Assembly (NCBI GenBank): GCA_002269645.1
Contig: NIVC01000735.1
Coordinates: 62,001-126,000, forward strand
Length of the DNA stretch: 64,000 nt
Reading direction: 5' to 3'
From: Macrostomum lignano
Lineage: Eukaryota
Part shown: piece by piece, positions 37,353 to 49,900 of the stretch
Numbering within the stretch: the stretch's first letter is position 1
Layout: each line of letters starts with the position of its first letter
The notes under the pieces: generated by a model
The model's database searches: none
What the model saw: only the letters and a program-made list of their open reading frames with translations
Told to the model about the DNA's origin: nothing
Position numbers and translations under genes: made by a program

Positions 37353-37915
37353 CCAGTAACTCAATGGGTCCAGGTCTCACATTGAAAAGAGACTCAATCG
37401 GTGCAGGTCTCACAATGAAAAGAGACTCAATGGGTCCAGGTCTCACATTGAAAAGAGACTCAATGGGTCTAGGTCTCACATTGAAGAGTGACTCAATGGG
37501 TGCAGGTCTCACAATGAAAAGAGACTTAATGGGTCCAGGTCTCACAATGAAAAGAGACTCAATGGGTGCAGGTCTCACAATGAAAAGAGACTCAATGGGT
37601 CTAGGTCTCACATTGAAGAGTGACTCAATGGGTGCAGGTCTCACAATGAAAAGAGACTTAATGGGTCCAGGTCTCACAATGAAAAGAGACTCAATGGGTG
37701 CAGGTCTCACAATGAAAAGAGACTCAATGGGTGCAGGTCTCACAATGAAAAGAGACTCAATGGGTCCAGGTCTCACAATGAAAAGAGACTCAATGGGTCC
37801 AGGTGTCACAATGAAAAGAGACTCAATGGGTCCAGGTCTCACATTGAAGAGTGACTCAATGGGTGCAGGTCTCACATTGAAGAGTGATGACTCAATGGGT
37901 CAAGGTCTTAGAAGA
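37353..37915. repeat. 33-bp minisatellite (gactcaatgggtccaggtctcacaatgaaaaga)
   Basis: Direct. Confidence 0.95.
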
Positions 37916-38229
37916 GTTGATGGGTTTCGGCCTTTTCGGCCCCTTTCGGGAAGCCTTCGGGCCTCAGGTCTCAGAAATAAATCAATTGGAGTCCTGCCCC
38001 CCCCCACTCCTGTCAGATGGTCAGCCCCATGATAGCTTGATCGTGTGGCGAGCAGTCTAGGTCCTATAGCTAAGAGAGGGACAGCGAGAGACAAGCAGGG
38101 AGAATTTTGAAGGTAGAGATCAGCTAATCCGCAAATTAGCTAACCCGCTGCCACCAGCCCGTGCGTCCTGGCTCACCAAACCGGAACTTTCGAAATCGGG
38201 CTTCCGACTAGAGGGGGCTTAGCACTTAC

Positions 38230-38520
38230 CTGCCAACTAGTGTCTTTTTGCTGTCAATCTCGAAGTCGTAGCCGATGTTAAGGGACACTGCTGGGACTAG
38301 ATCACATTGGCCATGCAGGTACAGAGGGGACTTGTGCAGGGGATTCTTGCAGTGGCGAGACTATGGGGTAGCTACATGTACTATTACATTGCTAAATACG
38401 AGGAATTGTACTTTTGGCCTTCAACGCGCCAACTAGCCTCTGGTAGCGCTGATGATAGACTAACTCGAACATCGGAGACCGCATGATTCATTACCCGAGC
38501 CGCTTGGCGAACCTAGAGTG
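38230..38520 (-). pseudogene. Possible decayed exon with multiple TAG/TGA stops, ending at a GTAAGT donor
   Basis: ...RPKVQFLVFSNVIVHVATP*SRHCKNPLHKSPLYLHGQCDLVPAVSLNIGYDFEIDSKKTLVG followed by gtaagt. No family recognised. Confidence 0.3.
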
Positions 38521-39184
38521 CACAGAGTACATCTCTAGCGCCGATTTTGCACTATTGGCAATTTTGCTCACTGACTTGATAGATTGATCGACTGAGAACG
38601 GCCTTGCCATTGGTCCACTGTGACCGGCGCCTACTAGCTTAGCCACTCATCTGAGCCACCGGCGAACAAAGAAATAAAACTGATAAAAATAACTGTCAGA
38701 TTTAACCTTCTCTTCGAATCACTTCACACCTCAGATTAAATTGGAGCTTCAGACTACTAGCAGTATTATTGAATGATTTCTGCCTCAATAACAGCACTAC
38801 TGAACAAATTGAGCAAAAGTGTGCGCATAATCCAGCTACTGAAACAGGGGACATATAAGGAATCATCCAATCAAGTCTAGGTAGCCTCTCACCCAACCAA
38901 TCAGAAACTCAACAGCCGGAGACCAGGTAATCCACAGTGACCGAATCGGCTTAGTGCTTCGCAGCTGTAGACCCGAGATGATGCTGATGTCACAACCTTC
39001 GCAGATAGCTAGCAGGTGATGCTCTTAACTTTGATGTTCACTGCTGATGACCGGGGGTAATTCGTCCTTGATGATGATGGGGGAGGTCGCAATCCGGGGA
39101 TCAAGAAACGACGGTCGGGCCAGGGAGAGAGCAAGTTCCTGGCCGGTCTCCAGAAAGGATTAGTCCGAGCGGGCCAAAAACACC

Positions 39185-39320
39185 GGTTTAAATAGCCGCC
39201 AACTGGACCGCAGTTTGTTATAATGGAACACGTCGATTCTGATTGGCTGAGCCGGTTTGTTAAAATAAGCGTCGAATTTTCTGATTGGCTGAGCTTGTTG
39301 CCACCCAAAGTCACGTGACC
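39185..39320 (-). promoter_or_regulatory. Pol II promoter-like module: gtcacgtgac E-box, two CCAAT boxes, TATA-like element
   Basis: gtcacgtgac 39310-39319; gattggctga at 39241 and 39283, inside a duplicated cgtcga..ttctgattggctgagc; tttaaata at about 39188. The order implies leftward transcription. Confidence 0.5.
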
Positions 39321-39929
39321 GGGAGATCCTATCAGTTCCCTCGGGGTCGTAAAAATATGTCAGGTGCGGCCATAAATCAATCAAAATCGCAAAAAAATTA
39401 TTTATGACTTTTCGCGTAGAATTGACAAAAATTAATGAAAAAATACATTATAAAGCTCTTATTAAATAGAAAGTGAAGATAATGAAGAGAAATCGCTAAT
39501 CGCTACGAGCGTAATCCCAACGTACTTTTAGGGGTAAAACGCATAGCTGTCAAAGCTGTCACACGCTTGAGTGAACACGAACAATAGGCCCTTACCTCAT
39601 AAATCTTGATGGCCTGTCAAAATGATGAGAAAAAGGCTACCATCCGCATCCTCTCAGACCATCTGGCGCCAGCCTGAGCATTGAGTGAGGCGCAGGTGGC
39701 TGTCAGACCAGCTCAGACGCAATGATTTATGACCCAAAAGCAGCAAAAAACCGCGCCTATGTTATTATAACTACAAGTATGGCAGATAATTATAGCTACA
39801 AAAGTCCCACTAGTATGAATTCTAGAAAAATTACAAAAGAAGGAGAAAATCGCCCATAGCCTGTGCTGTTAGTAGGCTAGCAAGTTTGGAACCCACGTGC
39901 GAGCGTGAAATTTGGAAAAAAGTGTGATG

Positions 39930-40296
39930 GTTCCAGGTCTCCCTTAGAAGAGTGATGACTCAATGGGTCCAGGTCTCCCTTAGAAGAGTGATGACTCAAT
40001 GGGTCCAGGTCTCACTTAGAAGGGTGATGACTCAATGGGTCCAGGTCTCACTTAGAAGGGTGATGACTCAATGGGTCCAGGTCTCACTTAGAAGGGTGAT
40101 GACTCAATGGGTCCAGGTCTCACTTAGAAGAGTGATGACTCAATGGGTCCAGGTCTCCCTTAGAAGAGTGATGACTCAATGGGTCCAGGTCACACTTAGA
40201 AGGGTGATGACTCAATGGGTCCAGGTCTCCCTTAGAAGAGTGATGACTCAATGGGTCCAGGTCTCACTTAGAAGAGTGATGACTCAATGGGTCCGG
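39930..40296. repeat. 36-bp minisatellite (gatgactcaatgggtccaggtctcacttagaagagt), same family as 37353-37915
   Basis: Direct; shared core gactcaatgggtccaggtctcac. Confidence 0.95.
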
Positions 40297-40717
40297 GTTT
40301 GAACTGAAATGCCTCATTTCGTGTGGCCTCATTAGTTGATTAAAATATTTTCGCTAAGTTTTTTCTTCTCATTTTTATTTTTTCAAGCGCTCCCCGCCTA
40401 CTAATAGTAGGGCTGATAAAAAGTAATAAAGAGTATGAAGATGAAAATAAAATGAAAGACAATTCAGTCTTTCGAGTGAATATTGATATTTAATTGCGAT
40501 AATTGGCTTCAAGGACCAACTCCACCTGCTCCATTGAGCTGATTTTTAAATCGCACGAAAAATGGAAAATCTGAAAATATTTTCCTTTTGACTTTCAAGT
40601 ATTTTTTCTTTTAATTTGATTTGATTTCATTGAAATCCGCTGGCAGGTTCAGTCAGCCACTCCTTTAATGAGCGGCTTCTGTTTCACCCTGATGCCAAAA
40701 ATCTGCAATATTTTTCT

Positions 40718-40731
40718 GTTTCCATGGTGAC
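40718..40731. promoter_or_regulatory. Candidate RFX X-box (gtttccatggtgac) about 190 bp upstream of the giant lectin gene ATG
   Basis: Consensus match only. Confidence 0.35.
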
Positions 40732-40917
40732 AGCGATAAGCACAGGTGCGCCAGTGTGGCAGGAAATAAATGCCAGTGATATTGGCCGCCCGAGTAAGCT
40801 GCCGCAGATCCCACCCTGAAATTCCCAACTGAATTTCAAATCTGAAGATAGAATTTATTTGCCAAAACTTGCAATTTCCAAAGCAAGGCTAAGGTCAGAC
40901 TGGTTTCCATAGAGACA

Positions 40918-43900
40918 ATGGCTATCTGTCTCATTACCTGCCTTCTGAGCCTGGGGGCCTGGCAACTATCGGCTGCTCAGAACATCGGTGAGTAGCTTAC
41001 GGCTTTCTGATAGCACTGGTTTGGTACATGTGTGAGACAGGTAGTGTGAGACAGGTGGTGTGAGACAGGTACTGTGAGACAGGTGGTGTGAGACAGGTGG
41101 TGTGAGACAGGTGGTGTGAGACAGGTAGTGTGAGACAGGTGGTGTGAGACAGGTAGTGTGAGACAGGTAGTGTGAGACAGGTAGTGTGAGACAGGTAGTG
41201 TGAGACAGGTAGTGTGAGACAGGTGGTGTGAGACAGGTAGTGTGAGACAGGTGGTGTGAGACAGGTAGTGTGAGACAGGTAGTGTGAGACAGGTAGTGTG
41301 AGACAGGTAGTGTGAGACAGGTGGTGTGAGACAGGTAGCGTGAGACAGGTAGTGTGAGACAGGTGGTGTGAGACAGGTGGTGTGAGACAGGTAGTGTGAG
41401 ACAGGTAGTGTGAGACAGGTAGTGTGAGACAGGTAGTGTGAGACAGGTAGTATGAGACAGGTAGTGTGAGACAGGTAGTGTGAGACAGGTAGTGTGAGAC
41501 AGGTAGTGTGAGACAGGTAGTGTGAGACAGGTAGTGTGAGACAGGTAGTGTGAGACAGGTAGTGTGAGACAGGTAGTGTGAGACAGGTAGTGTGAGACAG
41601 GTAGTGTGAGACAGGTAGTGTGAGACAGGTAGTGTGAGACAGGTAGTGTGAGACAGGTAGTGTGAGACAGGTAGTGCGAGACAGGTAGTGCGAGACAGGT
41701 AGTGTGAGACAGGTAGTATGAGACAGGTAGTATGAGACAGGTAGTATGAGACAGGTAGTGTGAGACAGGTGGTGTGAGACAGGTGGTCTGAGACAGGTGG
41801 TCTGAGACAGGTGGTCTGAGACAGGTGGTCTGAGACAAGTGGTCTGAGACAGGTGGTGTGAGACAGGTAGTGTGAGACAGGTAGTGTGAGACAGGTAGTG
41901 TGAGACAGGTAGTGTGAGACAGGTAGTGTTAGACAGGTAGTGTGAGACAGGTAGTGTGAGACAGGTAGTGTGAGACAGGTGGTCTGAGACAGGTAGTGTG
42001 AGACAGGTAGTGTGAGACAGGTAGTGTGAGACAGGTGGTCTGAGACAGGTAGTGTGAGACAGGTAGTGTGAGACAGGTAGTGTGAGACAGGTAGTGTGAG
42101 ACAGGTAGTGTGATGCAAGTAGTGTGAGACAGGTAGTGTGAGACAGGTAGTGTGAGACAGGTAGTGTGAGACAGGTAGTGTGAGACAGGTAGTGTGAGAC
42201 AGGTAGTGTGAGACAGGTAGTGTGATGCAGGTAGTGTGAGACAGGTAGTGTGAGACAGGTAGTGTGAGACAGGTAGTGTGATGCAGGTAGTGTGAGACAG
42301 GTAGTGTGAGACAGGTAGTGTGAGACAGGTAGTCTGGGGTAGCTGAGCCGGAGCCCCAGTCTGTGGAACCCCTGCCAGGTGTGCAGCAGATGTCGCGGCT
42401 GAGCACAGTGCAAGCCGGCCTGGGCAAGGTGATGCCGCTGGCCTGGGTTGACCTGAGCAAGCACAAGGCCAACCGGGGCCCGCTGTCGATGAGCTTCAAG
42501 ACCGTTCCTGGCGGGCCAATCATTCAATGCACGACCTTGACATTGAGCCCCTACTATGTCCGGGTGTACTTCCCCTTCAACTTCACGATCACCGGCTTTG
42601 TGCTGTTCGGCAATGTCAGCTTTTCGCGATCACCCGAACTCGACCGAGGTCGAATCAGCATGTTTTACGCTGAGGCCGAGCCGAGCAACTCGCTGGTCCT
42701 GTCCAACCCGATCTACTTCGTTCCGTTCCCTGTAAGGACAGGCTGCTGTTTAAGTGGCTTCGTCACCGAATTCTGCGCACACATGTCAGCCTATACCCCT
42801 GTCTGCTAAATTGCTATTTTAGTCGGTTGTTTCCGTGTCGTACTCCAGCGATTCGTCTTCGACGCAAGTGCAACTGAGCAGCTCGCTGGAGACACGGCTG
42901 CTGCATTTTGTTCCAATACAGCCCTACATAACGTACACTTTCCAGATGGACATCGTGGGCTATCCCAGTCCAGATGGTAAGGGACAAATCCAGATCCCGA
43001 TCCCAGATCCCGATCCCAGATCCCGATCCCAGATCCCGATCCCAGATCCCGATCCCAGATCCCGATCCCAGATCCCGATCCCAGATCCCGATCCCAGATC
43101 CCGATCCCAGATCCCGATCCCAGATCCCGATCCCAGATCCCGATCCCAGATCCCGATCCCAGATCCCGATCCCAGATCCCGATCCCAGATCCCGATCCCA
43201 GATCCCGATCCCAGATCCCGATCCCAGATCCCGATCCCAGATCCCGATCCCAGATCCCGATCCCAGATCCCGATCCCAGATCCCGATCCCAGATCCCGAT
43301 CCCAGATCCCGATCCCAGATCCCGATCCCAGATCCCGATCCCAGATCCCGATCCCAGATCCCGATCCCAGATCCCGATCCCAGATCCCGATCCCAGATCC
43401 CGATCCCAGATCCCGATCCCAGATCCCGATCCCAGATCCCGATCCCAGATCCCGATCCCAGATCCCGATCCCAGATCCCGATCCCAGATCCCGATCCCAG
43501 ATCCCGATCCCAGATCCCGATCCCAGATCCCGATCCCAGATCCCGATCCCAGATCCCGATCCCAGATCCCGATCCCAGATCCCGATCCCAGATCCCGATC
43601 CCAGATCCCGATCCCAGATCCCGATCCCAGATCCCGATCCCAGATCCCGATCCCAGATCCCGATCCCAGATCCCGATCCCAGATCCCGATCCCAGATCCC
43701 GATCCCAGATCCCGATCCCAGATCCCGATCCCAGATCCCGATCCCAGATCCCGATCCCAGATCCCGATCCCAGATCCCGATCCCAGATCCCGATCCCAGA
43801 TCCCGATCCCAGATCCCGATCCCAGATCCCGATCCCAGATCCCGATCCCAGATCCCGATCCCAGATCCCGATCCCAGATCCCGATCCCAGATCCCGATCC

Positions 43901-46900
43901 CAGATCCCGATCCCAGATCCCGATCCCAGATCCCGATCCCAGATCCCGATCCCAGATCCCGATCCCAGATCCCGATCCCAGATCCCGATCCCAGATCCCG
44001 ATCCCAGATCCCGATCCCAGATCCCGATCCCAGATCCCGATCCCAGATCCCGATCCCAGATCCCGATCCCAGATCCCGATCCCAGATCCCGATCCCAGAT
44101 CCCGATCCCAGATCCCGATCCCAGATCCCGATCCCAGATCCCGATCCCAGATCCCGATCCCAGATCCCGATCCCAGATCCCGATCCCAGATCCCGATCCC
44201 AGATCCCGATCCCAGATCCCGATCCCAGATCCCGATCCCAGATCCCGATCCCAGATCCCGATCCCAGATCCCGATCCCAGATCCCGATCCCAGATCCCGA
44301 TCCCAGATCCCGATCCCAGATCCCGATCCCAGATCCCGATCCCAGATCCCGATCCCAGATCCCGATCCCAGATCCCGATCCCAGATCCCGATCCCAGATC
44401 CCGATCCCAGATCCCGATCCCAGATCCCGATCCCAGATCCCGATCCCAGATCCCGATCCCAGATCCCGATCCCAGATCCCGATCCCAGATCCCGATCCCA
44501 GATCCCGATCCCAGATCCCGATCCCAGATCCCGATCCCAGATCCCGATCCCAGATCCCGATCCCAGATCCCGATCCCAGATCCCGATCCCAGATCCCGAT
44601 CCCAGATCCCGATCCCAGATCCCGATCCCAGATCCCGATCCCAGATCCCGATCCCAGATCCCGATCCCAGATCCCGATCCCAGATCCCGATCCCAGATCC
44701 CGATCCCAGATCCCGATCCCAGATCCCGATCCCAGATCCCGATCCCAGATCCCGATCCCAGATCCCGATCCCAGATCCCGATCCCAGATCCCGATCCCAG
44801 ATCCCGATCCCAGATCCCGATCCCAGATCCCGATCCCAGATCCCGATCCCAGATCCCGATCCCAGATCCCGATCCCAGATCCCGATCCCAGATCCTGATC
44901 CTAGATGCTTCTGGATTCCCGGATTTGGTTCAACTGCAATCGCAAAATTTGCAGCCTGCCCGCCGATTCCCGCTGAGAAGTACTCAGTTTCAGTTGCCAA
45001 GCTGGCACACGAAACTGTTGTGACCGTGAGCTTCTCCCGAATCAGCTACCTGACCAGCTTCGTGCTCAGCAACCTGCCTTTAGCCAGCAGTTTCTGGATG
45101 TCATTCAAGAAAGTTGGCAACGTCACGGAGAACCTCGTGCACCCGTGGACAAACGCATTGTGGCTGGTGAGTCCACAGTCTTGTGTCCGAACAGTGCACC
45201 TTCTCACAGGTTGTCAACCCCTTCTCTGCTGCAGTTTCAGGTGACATACACCGTCGAGAAGTTCATTGTGCCGTTTGTCCTCGCTCCGCTCGAGATCCAG
45301 CTTCATTTTGGAGCCTCATCCACTGTCAACTCGGTGGACTCAATTCGGGGCTGTCCTGTTAAACGTGAGTTGGGTTGAGCTGGGTTGAGTTGTGTTGAGC
45401 TGGGATGAGTTGTGTTGAGTTGGGTTGAGCTGGGTTGAGTTGTGTTGAGTTGGGTTGAGTTGGGTTGAGTTGGGTCGAGTTGGATTGAGCTAAGTTGCTG
45501 CGAGACTTATAAAAACGCCACCGTAATGTACATTCTCGTACAATACTCAAGGCACTAGAGCTGGAATCAAAGCACGAGAACTGGAATCCAGGCACTGGAA
45601 CATAACATAGAAATAAATGTCTACGTTTGCTATTTGTGAGTAATAAAAACAAATTTTTATCAGCCGCATCAAACCGCACCGCAGCTTGCCCGCCAGGCTG
45701 GGTCAGCTCGGCCAGCGTCTGCTGGCACATCGAGGACACCGCGACAACCTGGGCAGTTGCCAGCCAGATCTGCGCTGAGCAGAGCTGGGGTGGCGTCGCC
45801 GCCAGCCTGCTGAACGCCAAGACTGTGCTGGAGAGAAACTTCCTCATCCTGTTTCCTGGGTATGCCAGCCCGCTTCCCCAGCAGTGCTTTGCCCGTGCAC
45901 TGCACAGACATCTCCGCTTCTGAACTTTGCAGATTCAACGATAGAGACATCGGCCCGTTCCTGGTCGGCCTGCGGAGGAACTCCACCAACCAATGGGAGT
46001 GGAGCGACGGCAGCGAGCCGGAGCCCGGCACCTTCTACATGGGCCGGCCGCCCTCGAACTGCGCCGCCCTGGACGCCCACTTGGCCCTGGTGATTGACGT
46101 TGACTGCTCCCAGCAGCTGCCGTTCGTCTGCGAAGTGAAAAAGTATCCAGGTAGGCGGCGTCAAACCGGGTTTGTAGATGGGCAAGCAGGAGGGTGAGGC
46201 AAGCAGGAAGGTTGAGGCAAGCAGGCCAGCTGTGGTGGGGCAAGCAGGAGGGTGAGGAAGCAGGAAGGTTGAGGCAAGCAGGCCAGCTGTGGTGGGGCAA
46301 GCAGGAGGGTGAGGCAAGCAGGAGGGTGGGGCAAGCAGGCCAGCTGTGGTGGGGCAAGCAGGAGGGTGAGGCAAGCAGGAGGGTGGGGCAAGCAGGCCAG
46401 CTGTGGTGGGGCAAGCAGTATAAGCAAGAATCTTGAATCCTTCAGATGCAGGTGCGCAGTCGGAGGAGCTGGTGCTGGTCAGGAACCAGGCTTGTGCTTG
46501 GACCAATGCTCAGAATTTCTACAGGCCTATGAACTACTGGCAGGTCCTGAAGCTTCAGAACCAGGATCCGAACGTCACTGACCAGTTCGAGACATCAATG
46601 GACACCGAAAAGCATATGTATTTAAGAGATTACTCAACGGGAACGTGCAACGGTTATGCACTAACAAATCAAGTGGTGTACTATCGCTTCTCGACTACGA
46701 AAGGTAAGCGACTTATCAGCTGATTCTGCAAGTCACACTTGCTTATGTTGCCCGAAAACCCGCAAGTGACATTTGACCAGCTCTATCGACGATTTATATT
46801 AGGATTTGGGCTTGGAGTGAGTGAGGTCCACGCTTGCTGGCCGTAAAAGGTGGCCTCTGTTTGATCAATCAAATGACAGGTGGCAGTCAAACGTCACTGG

Positions 46901-49900
46901 CAGTCAAAATGTCACTGGGAGTCAAAATGTCACTGGGAGTCAAATGTCACTGGCAATCAAAATGTCACTGGCAATCAAAATGTCACTGGCAATCAAAATG
47001 TCACTGGCAGCCAAAATGTCACTGGCAGTCAAAATGTCATTGGCAATCAAAATGTCACTGGCAGTCAAAAATGTCACTTGGAGTCAAAATGTCATTGGCA
47101 ATCAAAATGTCACTGGGAGTCAAAATGTCACTGGCAGTCAAAATGTTACTGGCAGTCAAATGTCACTGGCAGTCAAAAATGTCACTTGGAGTCAAAATGT
47201 CATTGGCAATCAAAATGTCACTGGGAGTCAAAATGTCACTGGCAGTCAAAATGTCACTGGCAATCAAAATGTCATTGGCAATCAAAATGTCACTGGGAGT
47301 CAAAATGTCACTGGCAGTCAAAATGTCACTGGCAATCAAAATGTCATTGGCAATCAAAATGTCACTGGGAGTCAAAATGTCACTGGCAGTCAAAATGTCA
47401 CTGGCAGTCAAAATGTCACTGGCAGTCAAAATGTCATTGGCAATCAAAATGTCACTGGGAGTCAAAATGTCACTGGCAGTCAAAATGTCACTGGCAGTCA
47501 AATGTCACTGGCAGTCAAAATGTCATTGGCAATCAAAATGTCACTGGGAGTCAAAATGTCACTGGCAGTCAAAATGTCACTGGCAGTCAAATGTCACTGG
47601 CAGTCAAAATGTCATTGGCAATCAAAATGTCACTGGGAGTCAAAATGTCACTGGCAGTCAAATGTCACTGGCATTTAAAATGTCACTGGCAATCAAAATG
47701 TCACTGGCAGTCAAAATGTCACTGGGAGTCAAAATGTCACTGGCAATCAAAATGTCACTGGGAGTCAAAATGTCACTGGCAGTCAAAATGTCACTGGCAG
47801 TCAAAATGTCACTGGCAGTCAAAATGTCACTGGCAATCAAAATGTCACTGGCAGTCAAAATGTCATTGGCAATCAAAATGTCACTGGGAGTCAAAATGTC
47901 ACTGGCAGTCAAATGTCACTGGCATTTAAAATGTCACTGGCAGTCAAAATTTCACTGGCAGTCAAATGGAAAGTAACAAACGAGAAATTTCGTGCCCCAA
48001 ATCGCAGGCTGCATGAAGCCGCTGTTCGGCGGAATTCCCGGAGAAGTGTCTGTCAGTTTTCAGGCGTCAAGTAGTCACTACAGGCGGCATGTGAACTACT
48101 CAGTAGCCGGCACAACCATCAGATACGCAGGTGAGTACTTATTCCCCTTCTTGACTACTAAGAGTAACTTTATTTGACAATAACCCCATTTGAATCCTCT
48201 GCAGACCACGTGAAGTGCGTCATGATTTCTAACGATCACCAGTTCTTCGACTTTGGCATCGGCATGGCCGCCAGCGGCAACGCCTGCTTGACCCAGAGCA
48301 CCTGCCGGACCTCTTTCAACAACCTTCCATCGACATACAACCAGTGCAGCTCATGTTAGTTACTTCCAAGGCTTTCAAGCTCACTTTTCGATACCCAATC
48401 GCTGATTAAAAAACGTTTCCTGAAATATTTCAGCATTCGGCAGCGGGAGTTTCAATTGCTGCACAGCCTCAGGAAACGAGCAGTGCTTCAATCAGAATAG
48501 CGGAGGCTTTCGCTGCGGTAGGCCTTCGGCATTTTCCATATTCGGATGGAGGTGCCGGGCTGCGGTAAATTCTACTCTGAATTTCGAATTCCGCCGCACT
48601 TTCAGTGCCGAATTACCTGGCTGACAATGAAGACATAACCGATATTTACTCTGTGGGCTACCAGAAAGCCTACCACTTCAATGGCATCAGAATGGCAGCT
48701 CCGAACTACACAAGCGATTTTGCAGCCATCCTCAACACGCAGAAAGTTACAGCAGCAACCCCGGAACACTTTTGGCGGCTGTTGGTTGATCTGAAATCTA
48801 CGCACTGCTTCGGTTTTGCTGTCATCAACTTTGGTAATATGCCTTCTTGATCAAGTGTCTGAGCAGGCAGATTCCTTCTTGATCAAGTGTCTGAGCAGGC
48901 AGATGCCTTCTTGATCAAGTGTCTGAGCAGGCAGATTCCTTCTTGATCAAGTGTCTGAGCAGGCAGATGCCTTCTTGATCAAGTGTCTGAGCAGGCAGAT
49001 TCCTTCTTGATCAAGTGTCTGAGCAGGCAGATTCCTTCTTGATCAAGTAGTGTCTTAGCAGGCAGATGCCTTCTTGATCAAGTAGTGTCTGAGCAGGCAG
49101 ATGCCTTCTTGATCAAGTGTCTGAGCAGGCAGATGCCTTCTTGATCAAGTAGTGTCTGAGCAGGCAGATGCCTTCTTGATCAAGTGTCTGAGCAGGCAGA
49201 TTCCTTCTTGATCAAGTGTCTGAGCAGGCAGATGCCTTCTTGATCAAGTAGTGTCTGAGCAGGCAGATGCATTCTTGATCAAGTGTCTGAGCAGGCAGAT
49301 GCATTCTTGATCAAGTGTCTGAGCAGGCAGATGCATTCTTGATCAAGTAGTGTCTTAGCAGGCAGATGCCTTCTTGATCAAGTGTCTGAGCAGGCAGATT
49401 CCTTCTTGATCAAGTGTCTGAGCAGGCAGATGCCTTCTTGATCAAGTAGTGTCTGAGCAGGCAGATGCCTTCTTGATCAAGTGTCTGAGCAGGCAGATGC
49501 CTTCTTGATCAAGTAGTGTCTGAGCAGGCAGATGCCTTCTTGATCAAGTAGTGTCTGAGCAGGCAGATGCCTTCTTGATCAAGTGTCTGAGCAGGCAGAT
49601 GCCTTCTTGATCAAGTAGTGTCTGAGCAGGCAGATGCCTTCTTGATCAAGTAGTGTCTGAGCAGGCAGATGCCTTCTTGATCAAGTAGTGTCTTAGCAGG
49701 CAGATGCCTTCTTGATCAAGTGTCTTAGCAGGCAGATGGCTTCTTGATCAAGTAGTGTCTGAGCAGGCAGATGCCTTCCTGATCAAGTGTCTGAGCAGGC
49801 AGATGCCTTCTTGATCAAGTAGTGACTGAGCAGGCAGATGCCTTCCTGATCAAGTGTCTGAGCAGGCAGGTGCCTTCCTGATCAAGTGACTGAGCAGGCA

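Noticed and set aside
40903-40916. Second X-box (gtttccatagagac)
   Set aside because: It overlaps a likely acceptor (ccatag|agacaATG) just before the start codon, so the match may be coincidental.
44905-44954. Acceptor at cctag|atgc directly after the 13-mer array
   Set aside because: Wrong phase for the upstream donor; ttgcag|cc at 44955 restores the frame.
42814-45244. Long ORFs of 687-756 aa, and similar ORFs at 4-1377, 30124-31699, 40966-42527 and 46821-47976
   Set aside because: They are translations of stop-free tandem repeats; the flanking exons splice around them in phase.
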